Source of the DNA: Convolutriloba macropyga
Taxonomy: Eukaryota
Direction: 5' to 3'
Length of the DNA: 64,000 nucleotides
Assembly (NCBI RefSeq): GCF_964194025.1
Contig: NC_134472.1
Coordinates: forward strand, 51,336,001 to 51,400,000
Shown here: positions 63,641-64,000 of the stretch, piece after piece
How positions within the stretch are numbered: position 1 is the first letter of the stretch
Layout: every line of letters starts with the position of its first letter
The notes under the pieces: generated by a model
The model's database searches: none
What the model was told of the DNA's origin: nothing
The model's input: the letters and a program-made list of their open reading frames with translations, nothing else
Program-made: the position numbers and the translations under genes

Positions 63641-64000
63641 AGATTTTTGTTACGACCATATGACGTAACAACCACTTCAAATCTGCTTTTTGTTCATTCT
63701 GTCATGCAATTTCAACTGAAGTACGTGCGTGACGTCATTTTTTGCTCTTAGTGGAGCGAGTTTTTTGTTCATTCGCGTGATTAAATTTTTGGTCTCATGT
63801 GACTTACCTCACTATCAAATATGACTTCCTGACTTTGAAATTGACTTATATTTACTTAAATTCAAAGAGATAAGGTCAAGTGATTGTCACTCGAAATGAA
63901 GGTTATTTGAGAGCAGCTAATAGAGGCAGCAATAACGGGGCAATAACTTATACAGATTCTTAATCAAAATAGTCTCAGCCCTTAATGAAAAGAATATCTT

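Overview
AT-rich, intron-containing animal (metazoan) genomic scaffold with three N-gaps; nothing prokaryotic and no CRISPR. Host genes: a 4-exon Rab8 GTPase (37627-39234, +), a three-exon coiled-coil protein with no homologue I recognise (1563-8339, +), and the probable first exons of another gene (61251-62464, +). The rest is mostly mobile DNA and repeats: a 4.1-kb Polinton/Maverick(adintovirus)-type protein-primed DNA polymerase B pseudogene (9771-13916), several CR1/L2-type LINEs (some too decayed to show in the ORF track), an RTE-like fragment with N-terminal zinc fingers, a CRE-clade endonuclease fragment, MITEs, and 1-2.3 kb tandem macro-repeats, one family carrying a tRNA-derived SINE head. 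Most notable: the virus-like PolB appears to contain a spliceosomal GT-AG intron (12799-12951) and a ~240-aa repetitive acidic tail ending in an NLS-like motif, and there is a hammerhead-ribozyme-like fold at 29462-29540 with a G12A core change. All calls come from reading the sequence by eye; no searches were run.
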